Shown piece by piece: positions 50,791 through 64,000 of a stretch of DNA of 64,000 nucleotides. The notes below the pieces were generated by a model. The model ran no database searches and had not been told where the DNA came from. It worked only from the letters and a program-made list of their open reading frames with translations. Location of the stretch: positions 27,032,001 to 27,096,000 of the forward strand of contig OZ024757.1 of the NCBI GenBank assembly GCA_964016885.1, read 5' to 3'. The stretch is from Eledone cirrhosa (taxonomy: Eukaryota). The first letter of the stretch is position 1. Each line of letters begins with the position of its first letter. The position numbers were made by a program, and so were the translations under genes.

Positions 50791-52494
50791 TAATTATTTT
50801 GCATATTTCTCACCAATCTGGCTCCACTGCACTAACACTTATATATCATGGGCATTAAATTATAGCCTGTTATGTAGTGCATGAATCCTGCACTTATATA
50901 ATTGCAAGTGTCAATTATCTATGCATTTATATATATGCCAAATTATAAATATATTAAAATATATCATGTATATTGTATTACATAATGTAATTATTTAGAT
51001 ATGAGCTTCATTATCATCAGTTTACTTCCAATTTTCCATGCTCGCATGGGTTGGAAGTGTGTTTTCTTGTACAGCCTCTTTCCGTCCTTGCGTGGGTTGG
51101 AAGGTCCTTCACTAGTACAGCCTCTTTCCATGCTTGTATAGATTGGAAGGTCCTTTACTGGTAAAGAGGCTTTCTATGCTTGCATGTGTTGGAAGGGTGT
51201 TTTGCAGTAGAGCCTCATTCCACTTCTTCCATTTCTTTGTCACCTCCTCTGTGAGGTTTAGCATTTTGAGATCAGCTTTCACCACTTCTGCTAAGGTTTT
51301 ACTGAGACTTCCTCTACTGTAGCTTCCTTCCGCTCGTATATCCTGGTACTTCTTCCCCCATCAATCATCATCATCTTGCTCAGTATGGAGTGGTCACTCC
51401 GACCTGTCCAGTCTTGGAATGTGACAGCACAACTAACATTCACAGTAAACTTTTCATGGATATAGTAATGAAATACACAGCATTTCAATTAATTATTTCA
51501 TTATTAAGACGGTGTGGCACCAAAGCAATCACCTTACAGTGTGGACTGGGTGCTTGGCACCAAACAGTCACTTTTTGTCGTGTCACCATCACAACCACTT
51601 GACAAAGTGACTGGGAAATTATTGTCGTGTCAGTAACACAACCACACTACCGGGTGGACTGGGCGCTTTTGTAGTGTCTCCAACCTGCCTTCTCCATAGG
51701 GCGGGCCGGGCGCCTTCTGTTATGCGACCAACATACCCATTTTACAGGGTGAGCTGGGTGCCTCCTGTCATGTCACCAGCATGACCACCTCACAGAGTGG
51801 ACTGGGTGCTCAATGAGGTCTGACCTTTGGCTATACAACAACAACCTATATACTTTGATTGTTGTATGAGCTGTTCTACTGTTCTTGAATATATAATTAA
51901 TACGAGCTAACAGCCTGCTAGAAATAGTAGGTAAATCACCCTCAAATCACGCCATTTAAAAAATGGGAAGGATATTTGATGTAGTCCAAAAATTCTCAAC
52001 CTTTTTCCACAGAAAAGACGGGATAGTCATAATAGGATTTCATTGATCATGTCTGCTCAGCTAAGGCCGACCTTGGGCTAAACAGCAACCACATCGAATA
52101 TTCCTTTATTGCTATAGTGGTTAAAAAATAGATAATATTCTGTTGTTTAGCCCATGGTCGGCCTTAGGTGAGGATACCAATGATGAAAAGCATCCAGTTA
52201 TGACCATCCCATCTTTGTTCGAACAGTATCACTCGTCGTCGAAACTGACGAAAGCCCTACGACAACAACAACAACATCAACTATAATGGTTACTTATACG
52301 TTTACTGCAGCCATACTGGGGACACATCGTTCCGTAGTTTGGGCCGATCATATCAACCCTATTGTACCTGTTTCAGTTTCGTAGTTATTTAGTTATCGAT
52401 TCATTTATCAATCCACTAGAGTGTGGGGAGAGATTAGAAATGGACGGAAACAGCAGCAACAAAATCTCTATAACACATTATTTTGGGGGACACC

Positions 52495-52536
<42 letters not shown>

Positions 52537-52742
52537 AACATGGGGAGAAGAATACTGCATGGTTGCACATGGATTACATATTATAAAATTAGTCCCTCAT
52601 CAGTGATTTGTCAACGATCATTGGCATACATGGGATAACAGGTTATTGTTATAGGCAGTCCACTTAGATGTAGTCCAGGTAGAGAGGTTTAATACCACTC
52701 CTCTATAAAAGCCATGCCTTGTGTATCTTCCTCACTTTCGCG

Positions 52743-52852
52743 TGCTCTGATGAAAACGACTGGTTATAAACAAAGTATTGGAGCTCGATTGACGCAACAT
52801 CAAGCGAGTAGCGAACTCTAGACCTACCAGATCAAAGAAACAATTGTCAGCA
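52743..52852 (+). ncRNA. Type-I hammerhead with ~83-nt branched stem II
   Basis: TGCT-CTGATGA-[CTGGT...ACCAG enclosing an inner hairpin]-GAAA-CAATTG-TC-AGCA, then AATAAA; element is flanked by (TA)n. Confidence 0.7.
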
Positions 52853-52903
52853 ATGTGAATAAAGCCCTTATTGTATAGCAAACCATGTCACTTTTCTTTC
52901 TTG

Positions 52904-52953
<50 letters not shown>

Positions 52954-54316
52954 AGATTCGGGACCCCGATGGCTGAGCTAGATCCATCGGGGTTCCGAAA
53001 TTTTTCATATTACTCCGTATCGAGTACTCTGGTGAGTAATGGTCAAACTGGTTTTTACTGCATCCATTCTGATTAGCGTGGAAGATGGACGTTAAACGAC
53101 GACGACGATGATTATATATATATAGATATATACACACAGTTCAAGAGTAACCAATATTAAAGAGAGAGATTGAGATAGGAGAGGAGAAGAGAGATTTTAA
53201 TAATGTCTTCCTTGTGAAATTTGTGGTCTTGTTTTGCTTAACTAATGTATATATATATACACACGAGCAAAGAAACACACGCATATAAAATGGGCTTCTG
53301 CACAGTTTCTGTCAACCAAATCCCATTCACAATGTATCGGTCAACTGAAGACATTTGTCCCAAAGTGCGGTACAATGGGATTGAATATGAACCCAGCAGA
53401 TAACCTTTATTAACCACATAGCCATGTCTTGGCAGTATCGGTAGAGAGTCGGACGCCATGCTTTGACGCATAGAGTTACGGCCCTTGCCATTCTGAGTTC
53501 AAATACCGCCGAGGTTAACTTTGCCTTTCATCCTTACGGGGTCGATAAAATAAAGTACAGGTAATTGCTGGCCTTGTGCTTCTAAAGAAGCCATTGTTAT
53601 GACAGAAATAAAGTTCCTTTCAACAAAGCGTTTCAATCCTCTCTTGTTATTGTCGTTTAGCTCAAGGTCAGCCTTGACCGAACCGAGCAGACATGCTTAA
53701 AGGTATTTATCCGTGAATATCCCGTCTATTTTCTATATGAAAGGAATCCAGGATCACATTATCCATCGTGTCCTTTTCTAAGACAATAGGGTGTGATTTG
53801 AGGGGGGTTAAACTACTGTTTCTAGTATGTCAGGCTACTACACAGAGACTGCCTTGTTGGCCTCGTTGCATTGGAATTGTAAACAAAATGTCAAATACTT
53901 TATGTAGTATTAGTAAACCAATGCTGTCACTATCGACAGCAATAGCGTTGAATGTATTTAATTTTTGGAGTCCAGGTTTGATATGCATTACTGGTTATAC
54001 AAACAATCATATAAAATGGGAAATTTGTGTTTTGATAAATTTAAAGTTTCCATAATGTTGATTACTGGCTCGTGAAAGTGAATAAACATAGAAATATTTC
54101 TAAGATATAACTACATAAATGGTCAGCATATATGTACAAATGGCACAGGACTAAATGTATGAGTAACTTTGGAGAAATAAGAGTTTAATATAATAACCAT
54201 TTACAGGGACAAATGTAGGGTTAAATCCTAGGAAAGCGAACTTATTATTATTGTAGCAATATGATTGAGATAGAGAATGGATTGTGTGTATCTGTGTAAA
54301 TTTTAGAGTTTCAGAT

Positions 54317-54372
<56 letters not shown>

Positions 54373-57300
54373 GGCGTATTATTATTATGGTTGATTTCAG
54401 TTGAATTAATAAACATTAAATAAAAAAAATCGCCCAAATCCTTTGATAATAACTATAGTGTTACAGAATCGACCATAACTCAACTTGCCAGACAGAGATT
54501 AAACACGATAAGCCAAAGAAGGAGTCTTTACGTGGCCGTTCGACCTGCTAAGAATAATAGCTAAAATACCTCCCCACTCTAACCTTGTACTGTCTTTAAA
54601 ATATATATATAAATAAAATCTGGGAAGAAGGACACATGAATAATGTAATTCTAGTGATAATATGTATGATGAAAAAAAGAAGGGTTGGGCACGATTGGAA
54701 CGTCTTTGATTATAGATCTGCTCAATCAAGGCTGACCTTAGGAGAGGAGGGTGAGCTATTAAATAACAATCGTTCCCAGAATAGAAATATGGCGAATCAA
54801 AACAAATTTAGTCCAACTACTAGACCTAGACAGCATAGACATATATATAGATTTCTAAAATGGTCACAGATTGTAGGGAAAATTTCCTGTCGATCTCTGT
54901 GTATTATTGGCACTATTTTTGTTGGTTTGTTTGTTGTGTTTATTTTTTCTTCCGACCCTAAAAGAGTGAAAGGCAAAGTCAACTGATCCTTGGCGAGAAT
55001 CGGCCTTGGAATGTGAAAATCGATGTAGCTAAAATGCTATGATGAATTTTGTCCGTTGCTTCACCGATTTGCGCCAAGCCACCGCCCCTCAGAATAGATT
55101 AGGAAATATATTATGAAATGCTTAACAAAATGGAGGTTTCTAACAAAAAAACAAACAAACATTTGCTCCAAAATATAAAAGTATATGTTGAGTAAAAACA
55201 AACAAACGAAAATTTACAAAAATAACAATGTTGGTTGAAGATCACTAGTCTTAGAAATAAAGCTACACTACTACTGAAAAATAAAATGTTTTCCTTTACA
55301 AGTTAAAACGTGTTTAGAGGAATAGATCTACGAATTAACTGACTCTGCAAAAACTTAATAAAGAGAACACATTACTTCTCAAAGCAGACAGAGAAGAGAT
55401 ATGCCCCCATTTTGAAAAAATATGTTGACATAATAAATCTACCCGTTTTCATCAAAACATTGTTATTTTTGCAGGATTAATACCCTATTTTAATCTGTAT
55501 GATACCTATCTTTTCTTTTATTTCGTTTGAACAATAACAATAATAATAATAAAAATTAATCTACAAGAAACCTTATTCTAAGAATATAAGTTGTTTGTTC
55601 TGATATATATATATATATATACGTTTCAAATACCACCATTTTTATGAGGCAACATTTGCATCGAAGTTTGCTTATTTGGGGGATTAATATCGTCTGCTTA
55701 AATTTTTCAACAATTCAATTTTATATTGAGAAGTCGATTTTTGCAATATTTATATATATATATATAAGTGTGTGTGTGTGTTGTTGAAAATGAATAAACA
55801 ATACAGGAGGCAATTCTACACATACAGGTTGATAGAAAAACAAGGCACGCGTATATATATATCTTTGTTCCATATATAAAGGATCTCTACAGGACTGGGA
55901 CTGGTGATTTCATACGAATGAAACAGATCTAGTTCTGTAGAAGTCACTTCCATATAAAATAACGACGCCTATACTCTACTAACGTATTGAGTACCCTTTT
56001 CTAACCGTTGTCTCCTCCCGATACCCATCAAGAATCCACCCATGATTATATATATATATATAAATTTATTTTATTTAGTCTTTGATATTATTGTAAAATA
56101 TAACTAACGACCTAGCTAGCTCAGACCAAAGTAACCTGCCCCTGTAAAATTGGCTTTGTGTGTGTTTAGGTCGACTTGCTCCACCATTCGTCTGCAGGAA
56201 GGTCGATAACAACAAAGCTGTCTGCTCCTTTTCTAGAAATTTCATGATGGGGATGAGATAACGTGACGTATTACGATGATGTAAAAGTATTTATTATGTA
56301 GGCATAATTAAAACCCAATGCCTCCATCCCTCGGGTTTCTTTGCTCATAACCTTCTGAATTAATAATGCATATTTTTTTTTCAGAAAGTACGTTTTCCAG
56401 AATCTAGATTAAGATTATGTTGATGAAAATTAAAAATGAAAAAAAAAAAATGAAAAATTAATTAATTAAAAAAGAAATTCTTTCATCGTCATGTTTGGTT
56501 TGTAGTTAAGCTAAACAAACTCTGAATTAAATATATATATGTGTGTGTGTGTGTGCGCGCCTGCCTTCCAATTTCATGTTGAATAACCAGAAAAATGCCA
56601 TAGATTTTATACTAGAACGGAACCTAAAGTAATTCCTACAACTCTTAATTGCAACATAATCATTAATATTCATCTTCGAAACGTAACTTTGTAGATTTTG
56701 TATTAAGAAAGCTATGCATTATGAAAAAAGTTATGAGAAAACAAAGTCGGGAAGGAGAGCATTAAACTGTAACTATAGCCTATATAGATATATCGTAATG
56801 GTGGCCGTGGAAACTTCTTATATAGATATGAACTTCTAAAATAATGGAGAACGATAAAGCTATACTGGGATGATATGGGATACAAACATTTGGTTTATTT
56901 GGTTCCAGTTAAGATTGAAGCCTTGGCCATTTACTTCAATTCTGTTTTATTTTAATGTTTGTTTTTTTTTTCAAATCGACAACACAGCTAACAATGAGAT
57001 CTCAACGCGGCCATTTGGCCTGCTAAGAAACTGCAGCTAGTTCTCCTTCAAACAATGCCTTACTGCCTTAAAATATGAAGGACATGTTGGATAATGCATT
57101 CATAGATACATTAGGACCGAAAAAACAAAAGATAGGATGGTCACAGCTAGAACGCCTTTAAATATATGTCTACTCCAGCAAAGTTAACTCGATGGCTTAA
57201 CCCTTTTGATACCAATTCGCTTGAAAACGCTTCTAGCTGGTTTATATGATACACGCGACTGCTCGTTTTAAGTGTTCATAATTATATTAAAACCTTCCAT

Positions 57301-59006
57301 CATAATTTTCTGGAGAAACATTTTGTTAAATTCTAAGTAACAGCTTATAGTTGGTAAAAATTTGAACTATTTTATTAAATTTCTCCAGATTCTTCAAAAT
57401 CAATTGAGACACGTCGGCTGTGTATTCCATGAGAAATATTGCAACAAAAGGGTTAAGAACAATGTAACGGCCTGAGTGTTCAGTACCATCAATACGATTT
57501 CTATATAGACAATAAACTTCAAGAGATACAGTGGGTAAAGGAGAAAATTGGGATGTTGTGAACAGTATGCTTTCTTGGGGCATCTCAGTCGTTAGGCTTT
57601 GGTGCTCGTGGGGCCTTCAGAACATTTTAAGTGGGCACTCTTTTGCAAAGAACGTATATCAGGATATATATATTTTTTAAATTATAAACTTTATTTTATA
57701 AATCTAAGAGTGCATCATTGAAAAATTGAGATCTGGGGAGGGATGTCATCCAGTGCCGCGATCCCTAGGGGACAGGCCCAACCTAGGGACGTTAGCAGTG
57801 TAAATATAGTGAAGTATTTCTAATTGGGAACTAAAACCAAAGTAACCAACTGGGTACGCAACTAAAAATTACCACTAACCCATGGTACTCTGCTGTGGTA
57901 TAAGTTACGGCATTTTACGTTTTGTGTTCAAATCCCGCCGAGGTCAACTTTGCCTTTCATTCTTCTAGGGGTCGGAAAAAAATAAAATAGTATACCAGTG
58001 AAATATTGATATCAGTCTATATTCCTGTAATGCATACTAGCAGTAAATGGAAATATAATAGAAAAAAGGACGCCCTTGGAAGTATAAGACGGCAAAGAGA
58101 ACCTCGGTGTGATTTGAACTCAGAACTTTGAGAGTAGTAAATAAATACATATTATTTAGTCTGGAGTAAATTAGTGAAGGTGGTGTGGTGTGGCGAGGAG
58201 CGGTGTGGTGTGAAGTGGGATGGAACCGCCACGAAAATATGCATTAAAAATCCAGGTGCATATATGCAAACAAGCTCTTGCTCAGCACTACACACACACA
58301 CACACATATATATCTATATATTCTTTGATTACCTGTACAGGCAATATTTATTAGAAGTGTGTATACATTTTTGGTGGACACCCTGTATATATATATATAC
58401 ACACACACATATATATATATATACATACACACATATATATATATATACATACACACACATGTCACACCTAGATATAACTCATTGAAGCGTGTACTCATGT
58501 TCTTCCTCGTAAACATATACGCACACGCACATAGATAATGTACGTACTCAACACTCATCAAACACACGAATATCTTTTTAAAAATCTTTCTTAGCTAAAC
58601 AATCAACTTTATTTTGTTTACATAAAACCCGATAGAGAAAAAAAAAAAAAAGACGAAAAAAAGAGAAGAGAAAAAAGTTCAATCGTAGTTACTTCCCCCT
58701 GATTCTTGTGAAGACCTAATTTCTAAAGCAGTAAGTCCTTCCCACACATACATACGAGGAATGCATGTTTTACACCAAAACATCAATTTCATGGTTCGCC
58801 ATTGAATATCAACGTTGGATTTACCTTAAGCTTGTTATTGTGCGAATAAGTGTTGTTTGTTGCTCGATAACGAACAAAAAAATAACTTATGTAAAACATT
58901 AACAAGCAACAACAACAAAACTATCGACAGCTGTCGCACACACAAATACATATCCACATATATACGATATATTAACAAATGGAAACTATATTTATAAAAC
59001 CATATT

Positions 59007-59071
59007 TATTTCATTTTACATATTTCAAGGACACCAAGTTAAATTATGGTGTGCTTTCATCAGATAAAATA
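59007..59071 (-). ncRNA. Diverged hammerhead of the 3663-4000 family
   Basis: TATTTTAT-CTGATGA-AAG-C-ACACCA...TGGTGT-C-CTT-GAAA-TATGTA; cleavage site appears mutated. Confidence 0.6.
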
Positions 59072-59177
59072 TAATATAGATCAGTTTTATAAATAAATAT
59101 TGACATACCCTTAAAGAATGCGACCATATCTGTTGGAAGCTCCCGGATATCCACATATATATATATATTATATTATG

Positions 59178-59210
<33 letters not shown>

Positions 59211-60146
59211 ATATATATATATACATATATACTACACACACATACTAACTAACTATAGAATTTCTGAGTTCATATCTCGCTGTGATCGAGTTTGCCTTTC
59301 ATCCGTCCTGGATCGATGGAATTTAGTACCTGTCATACATTAGGGTTGGTTTATATTCTCGTAATGTATCCTAGATGTGAGTGAAACAACAATAGAAGAC
59401 ACACACACGCAACAACATTCCTACTACATTGATACACACACATCCGTACACCTACACACTAACGCATACACAATCACACGCAAATACAAACACACAGTTA
59501 CATAATCACAGATACATATGCACTATTAGTCAGTTTGATATTTTTTTTATTAATGTAATACAACCTTCCGGGGCAATAGAGGCGTGATCAAAAGCATTCC
59601 AACTGAGCATTCCAGCCGTGACCATCCTACTTGTTCTTGATTTAGACCTATGTCCAGGACTATCCTACCCAAATACGTATGTCCTTTTACATTTTTTTTT
59701 AAACATTAAGGTGCGATTCGGCTGCTATATCTAGCAGGTCGAGCGATCGAATAAAAGCTACCTTATCGACGGGAATATCACGAGGGGTAGGTTCGATTTA
59801 TTCTCGGTAAACCAAATCGCCGGCTCCCTCATTTCGATTCCTAGTTGTTGGGAGCACTTGTTCAACAAGAAGGGCACAAAGAGACCAAGGAACCTCTTCT
59901 AAAAGTCGGGGCTTGTACCTATCTTAGTAAAATCAATAGAGATCGTTCGGGTAATACGCTTTTTTATTTTCCTTCATAACTTTTGTGAATCAAAACCCAA
60001 CCCATAGCCCAGGATCTTTTGAAGGGTGTTACCTTAAGAAAATCTCTTCACGTCAAACTTCAACAAGCGTAGAAAACTATATCTAAAAGCTTACTATATA
60101 TGTTTTTATAACGAAATAAATTAACGATCATGTAAATGTTGAGAAA

Positions 60147-60182
<36 letters not shown>

Positions 60183-60618
60183 ATTAGTTTGGAATAAAAT
60201 CGATCTAATAACGTTGTGTGCTGGTTTAGATTCTGAAGTGAAAAACTTAAGGACTCAGTTAAGGACGGTCTGAAACAACCGATGTATACGTGTGATAAAG
60301 AGTTGACATTATGAGCTTGTGTGTGTATATATATACAGAGAGAGAGAGAGAGAGAATGCCCGACGGTCAAGCTTAAACTGTTTCGAAGGCAAAAACAATT
60401 TTTGTCATCGAAATCCTTAAAGCCTAACTGCGTCCGTCGGGCTTTCTGTATTCTGTTCTCTAATAATATCTACGTTGCATCTACTTTCCTTAAAGTAGGG
60501 GGTACTAATTTGAATAATGGTCTTACAAGTTCTAACTAGTAACATCTCATCTGCAGATAGATCGATCGACCGATCGATAAATATAGATAGATAGATAATG
60601 AGAGTTTGAAAGACTTAC

Positions 60619-60765
60619 CATGTACTTTTCGTTGGCACGGTTACCGGTTCTGTCATTTTGTAATTTTACTGGTTGGTAACTTAACTGGTTCTTCCGAGAT
60701 ACCATAAATCTGTTAAGGAGTTGCGTAAATCGCAAGACATGACGGGGTATTTGTGACGACTGCAT
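60619..60765 (-). CDS. PTRH1: Peptidyl-tRNA hydrolase 1 homolog, first coding exon (mitochondrial presequence-like)
   Basis: Encodes MQSSQIPRHVLRFTQLLNRFMVSRKNQLSYQPVKLQNDRTGNRANEKYM with a consensus donor ATG|GTAAGT in phase 0. The join KYM|IVGLG parallels recalled human RWM|VAGLG. Total CDS 711 nt, 236 aa. Confidence 0.75.
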
Positions 60766-61082
60766 GATCTAGTGGGGAGAAGGGTGCAAAAAAACACCCT
60801 TCAAATTAAGCGGTGCGCTTTTTATTTTTTTTTTTTTTTTGAAAAGGGCTGATTAGTATATATATTTTTTTTCTTCAGAAGTAACCCATATAACTATTAA
60901 AAGGTTAGGTCTTCATGTGCCCCTGTATTAAGCAAACCCCCCCCACACATAACAAGCAAACAGACAGATCTCAAATCACCCAGCGAAAATAAACCAGAGA
61001 TGTGAAGTGCGTGTTTTATGTGTATATATATATGTATATATATCTAAAATTAATCCGATGTAATTATATATGATTATAATTT

Positions 61083-61152
<70 letters not shown>

Positions 61153-62229
61153 TGTGTTCAAGCGAACACAGTTATTGATGTTGCGGCTGCTAAAAGTGCG
61201 CGAAGCACTGCGCGTCCTACTTTTGTTGAATTATACATGAAATGTAACCGCGTCTATATTTGTGGTGGTGGTGGTGGTGGTTTAGTAGTTATAATGGTGG
61301 TGGTGATGGTGGTTTAGTAGTTATAATGGTGGTAGGTAGGTGGGTGGGTGAGGGTGATGGTGGTAGTAGCGGCAATAGTTGTTGTGGCGGTGGGGAAGGA
61401 GCTACGAGCATAAGAAAGGAAGGGGGGGGGGGGGGGCGCACAGAAATTCCCCTTCACCACCATCGTCATCAAATAGAAGACCTGTCTTCCAATTGGTCGT
61501 TGCTTTAGCATTTCTCCTCCCTAATATGTTCACCTCCCACCACAGTTTATTGTTATTTTTCATGTTTATATATATATTTTTTAATTTCCCCAGTTCCTAT
61601 AATTGTTGAATGCCCACACTTACAGACGTAGACGTTCACACAACACATACAATACATGTTAAATATTAAGCTATGCTCAGGCCCCTAACCATGCATCATC
61701 GCCTTGGATAAAAAAAAAAAAGGATCCTGTGGAAAATGTAGTCTTGAATATTTTTATAGCCCGAAAATAATGTAGTCTTGGATATTTATAGCTTGAAAAT
61801 AATATAGGATTGTCATGGCTGGAGCGCTATGATCATTTAATCATAGGTGTGCTAGATCGGAGCTGACCTGGGGGCTAAGCAGCAACAACAATAACATAAA
61901 CATATGAGTTTGAACCGGTTGGCGCGAACCGGTTGTTAACTCTTAGCTGGCTGGTGTAGAAAACAGTGCTGTCAATCACACAGTTACGTTGACTGACTCC
62001 ACCCACCAAGGCGCTGTGCATCAATTAAGTTGGCCCACTTAATGTTTTGAAGTTCAAGTTAGTCATTGTGTTTACTGCGGTATATTTTCTTTTATATATT
62101 AATTATCAGGAAGATAGGTAAACCCTTATTTGCTGTTGTGATGTTTATATGAAAGATCGTGTGTGTATATATATATAATTGGTGAATCAATAGTAACGAA
62201 ACGTTACACACTAATAAAATATAATGTAT

Positions 62230-62329
62230 GTTTATATATATATATATATTTAGACACACGCACACACATATATATACATTTACACACACATATACATACC
62301 TACATTGATATATACGTGTGTGCATATGC

Positions 62330-62366
<37 letters not shown>

Positions 62367-62504
62367 ACACATATATATATATATATACATGTGTATATGT
62401 ATACGTGTATATGTATATAAATATATGTGCATATATGTATATATATATGTTTATATGTATATATATGTATATAAACACATATATACATATATATACACAC
62501 ACAC

Positions 62505-62559
<55 letters not shown>

Positions 62560-62560
62560 T
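62230..62560. repeat. Compound (TA)/(CA)/(TATG) microsatellite
   Basis: Directly visible. Confidence 0.95.
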
Positions 62561-63399
62561 GTGTCTAACTAAGCATATATGAAAGATTGTGTTGATATAT
62601 ATGTTATGTGTCATGTATCTGAAATTCTGGTTGTCACTCTAACATTCTGGTCCTACATCAGCATCTTTTCCTCTCCGTCCCCACCATAATACTTCTATCT
62701 GTCATCATAGCTATAACTCATATTTGTGATAGAGTGTTGTATCCCACCTACTTGCCTGTCCAACCTTTTAACCCTTCTCTTTCGTCAGCTCACCTCCCTG
62801 GCTTCTGGGACAGACGGACAGCAACCAAAGCAAATAAACATTAAAAAAACATCACCATCTTCTTCAGATTCCGAATTATTCCATATTTTATTGTGCTAGG
62901 AAGGGCATCCAGCTGTAGAAGCCAAGCCAAAATCGGTCCTGTATGAGCATGACATGGTCACCTGACTATGATATTGCTCACAACAAGACATCTCGTCTAA
63001 CCCATGCCAGCATGGAAAAGTAGACGTCAAATGATGATGATGATGATTAATAAAGTAATATTATATTGCTATGTTTATAATATTTCATGTACAAACCATG
63101 TACTAGGTTATCAATATACAGGCATTCCTATGGCCAATCGGCCTTAAACTCTTCTTTTATGGCCTGGAGGCACTGCTAGATTCACCATTGTGCTTAGGTG
63201 TGCTTAAGCACAAGGCCTCGTTGGCCGGGGTGAGAGTGGGGTATCTTCCTGTCCCCAAAAATGTTTTCCCTCCTTCAGGATCCAAGTAAGGGGCCTCATA
63301 ACTTAACAAGCTTTTTTACCTCCTTCAGGCCCCAAGTAAGGAGCCTCATAACTTAACTAACATAGGGCCTCATTTGTCCTAAATCTGGTACTGCCTGGA

Positions 63400-63510
63400 G
63401 GACTTTAATAAAAAGATGATGGTTGAGTACTGAGCATTGATGGACTCCTCCTGTACACTCAACTCATCACTGAACTCATTGCCAACTCTCACTTTGCTGA
63501 CGACATCTTT
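63400..63510 (-). mobile_element. RTE reverse-transcriptase remnant
   Basis: YKDVVSKVRVGNEFSDELSVQE resembles the segment preceding GVHQG in RTE RT. Confidence 0.6.
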
Positions 63511-64000
63511 ATATATTAGTGTAGTTAATACAAAGCATTGTAAGATATATAATAAAAGGCTGATAAGTTTCAAAAAGCCAGTACAATGTGGTAAAAAAAT
63601 ACAAAGGTCAAATTATGACTAATAAAACAAAACAAAGTTTTACTCATGATATTTCAGGGTTATCACCCTCTTTTCAAATGTGGAGTTGAAACAATTCAAA
63701 ACAAAAATGAACGGTCAATGTGTTCTTCTTTATCAGGCCAGTTAAGGAAAAACACATTAACTTTGTGAAGATTATCAATCTTTATATATAGCTTGCACTT
63801 CTCTCTGTTAAAGTTTTTGACAGGGCTTTGCATGCTGGTCTTCTTCATAAGTTGAGAGGTTATGGTGCTGTTTCATCATCATCATCATCATTATCATTTT
63901 AACGTCTGCTTTCCCTGCTAGCAACAGTTGGACATGTCTACATAGACCTGGTCAGTACTGAAGCAGTGGCCTCTGATCCCCACTGACAGGCCAGTGATCT

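Noticed and set aside
54636-54986. 116-aa ORF with a hydrophobic segment
   Set aside because: Begins and ends in repeat fragments; no homology or clear splice sites.

Overview
AT-rich, repeat-saturated animal genomic DNA. The SINE/RTE repertoire and (TA)n/(TATG)n/(GAT)n microsatellites point to a coleoid cephalopod, probably an octopus (inference). Two spliced genes, largely missed by the ORF track, were reconstructed by hand and are convergent. (1) The last three coding exons of an NSMF/Jacob-family gene lie on + (3096-3198, 5673-5748, 7793-7962). (2) A five-coding-exon, 236-aa peptidyl-tRNA hydrolase PTRH1 lies on - (60765-60619, 26105-25889, 24549-24450, 20019-19974, 17359-17159), with a 34.5-kb intron. 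This PTRH1 keeps the catalytic His/Asp but has lost all three conserved active-site asparagines. The most striking non-coding signal is about a dozen minimal type-I hammerhead ribozyme motifs from several unrelated short families. They sit next to (TA)n tracts and are often arranged as long palindromes, resembling Penelope-like pLTRs or retrozymes; one family shows compensatory stem covariation. Also present: satellites amplified inside a piggyBac-like MITE and inside a SINE tail, an L1/Tx1 insertion into a splice acceptor, long inverted repeats bracketing PTRH1 exons, and Merlin-, hAT-, pogo-, mariner- and Helitron-like non-autonomous elements. All family assignments come from recalled motifs, not from database searches. 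Most ORFs in the supplied track are microsatellite or SINE artefacts.
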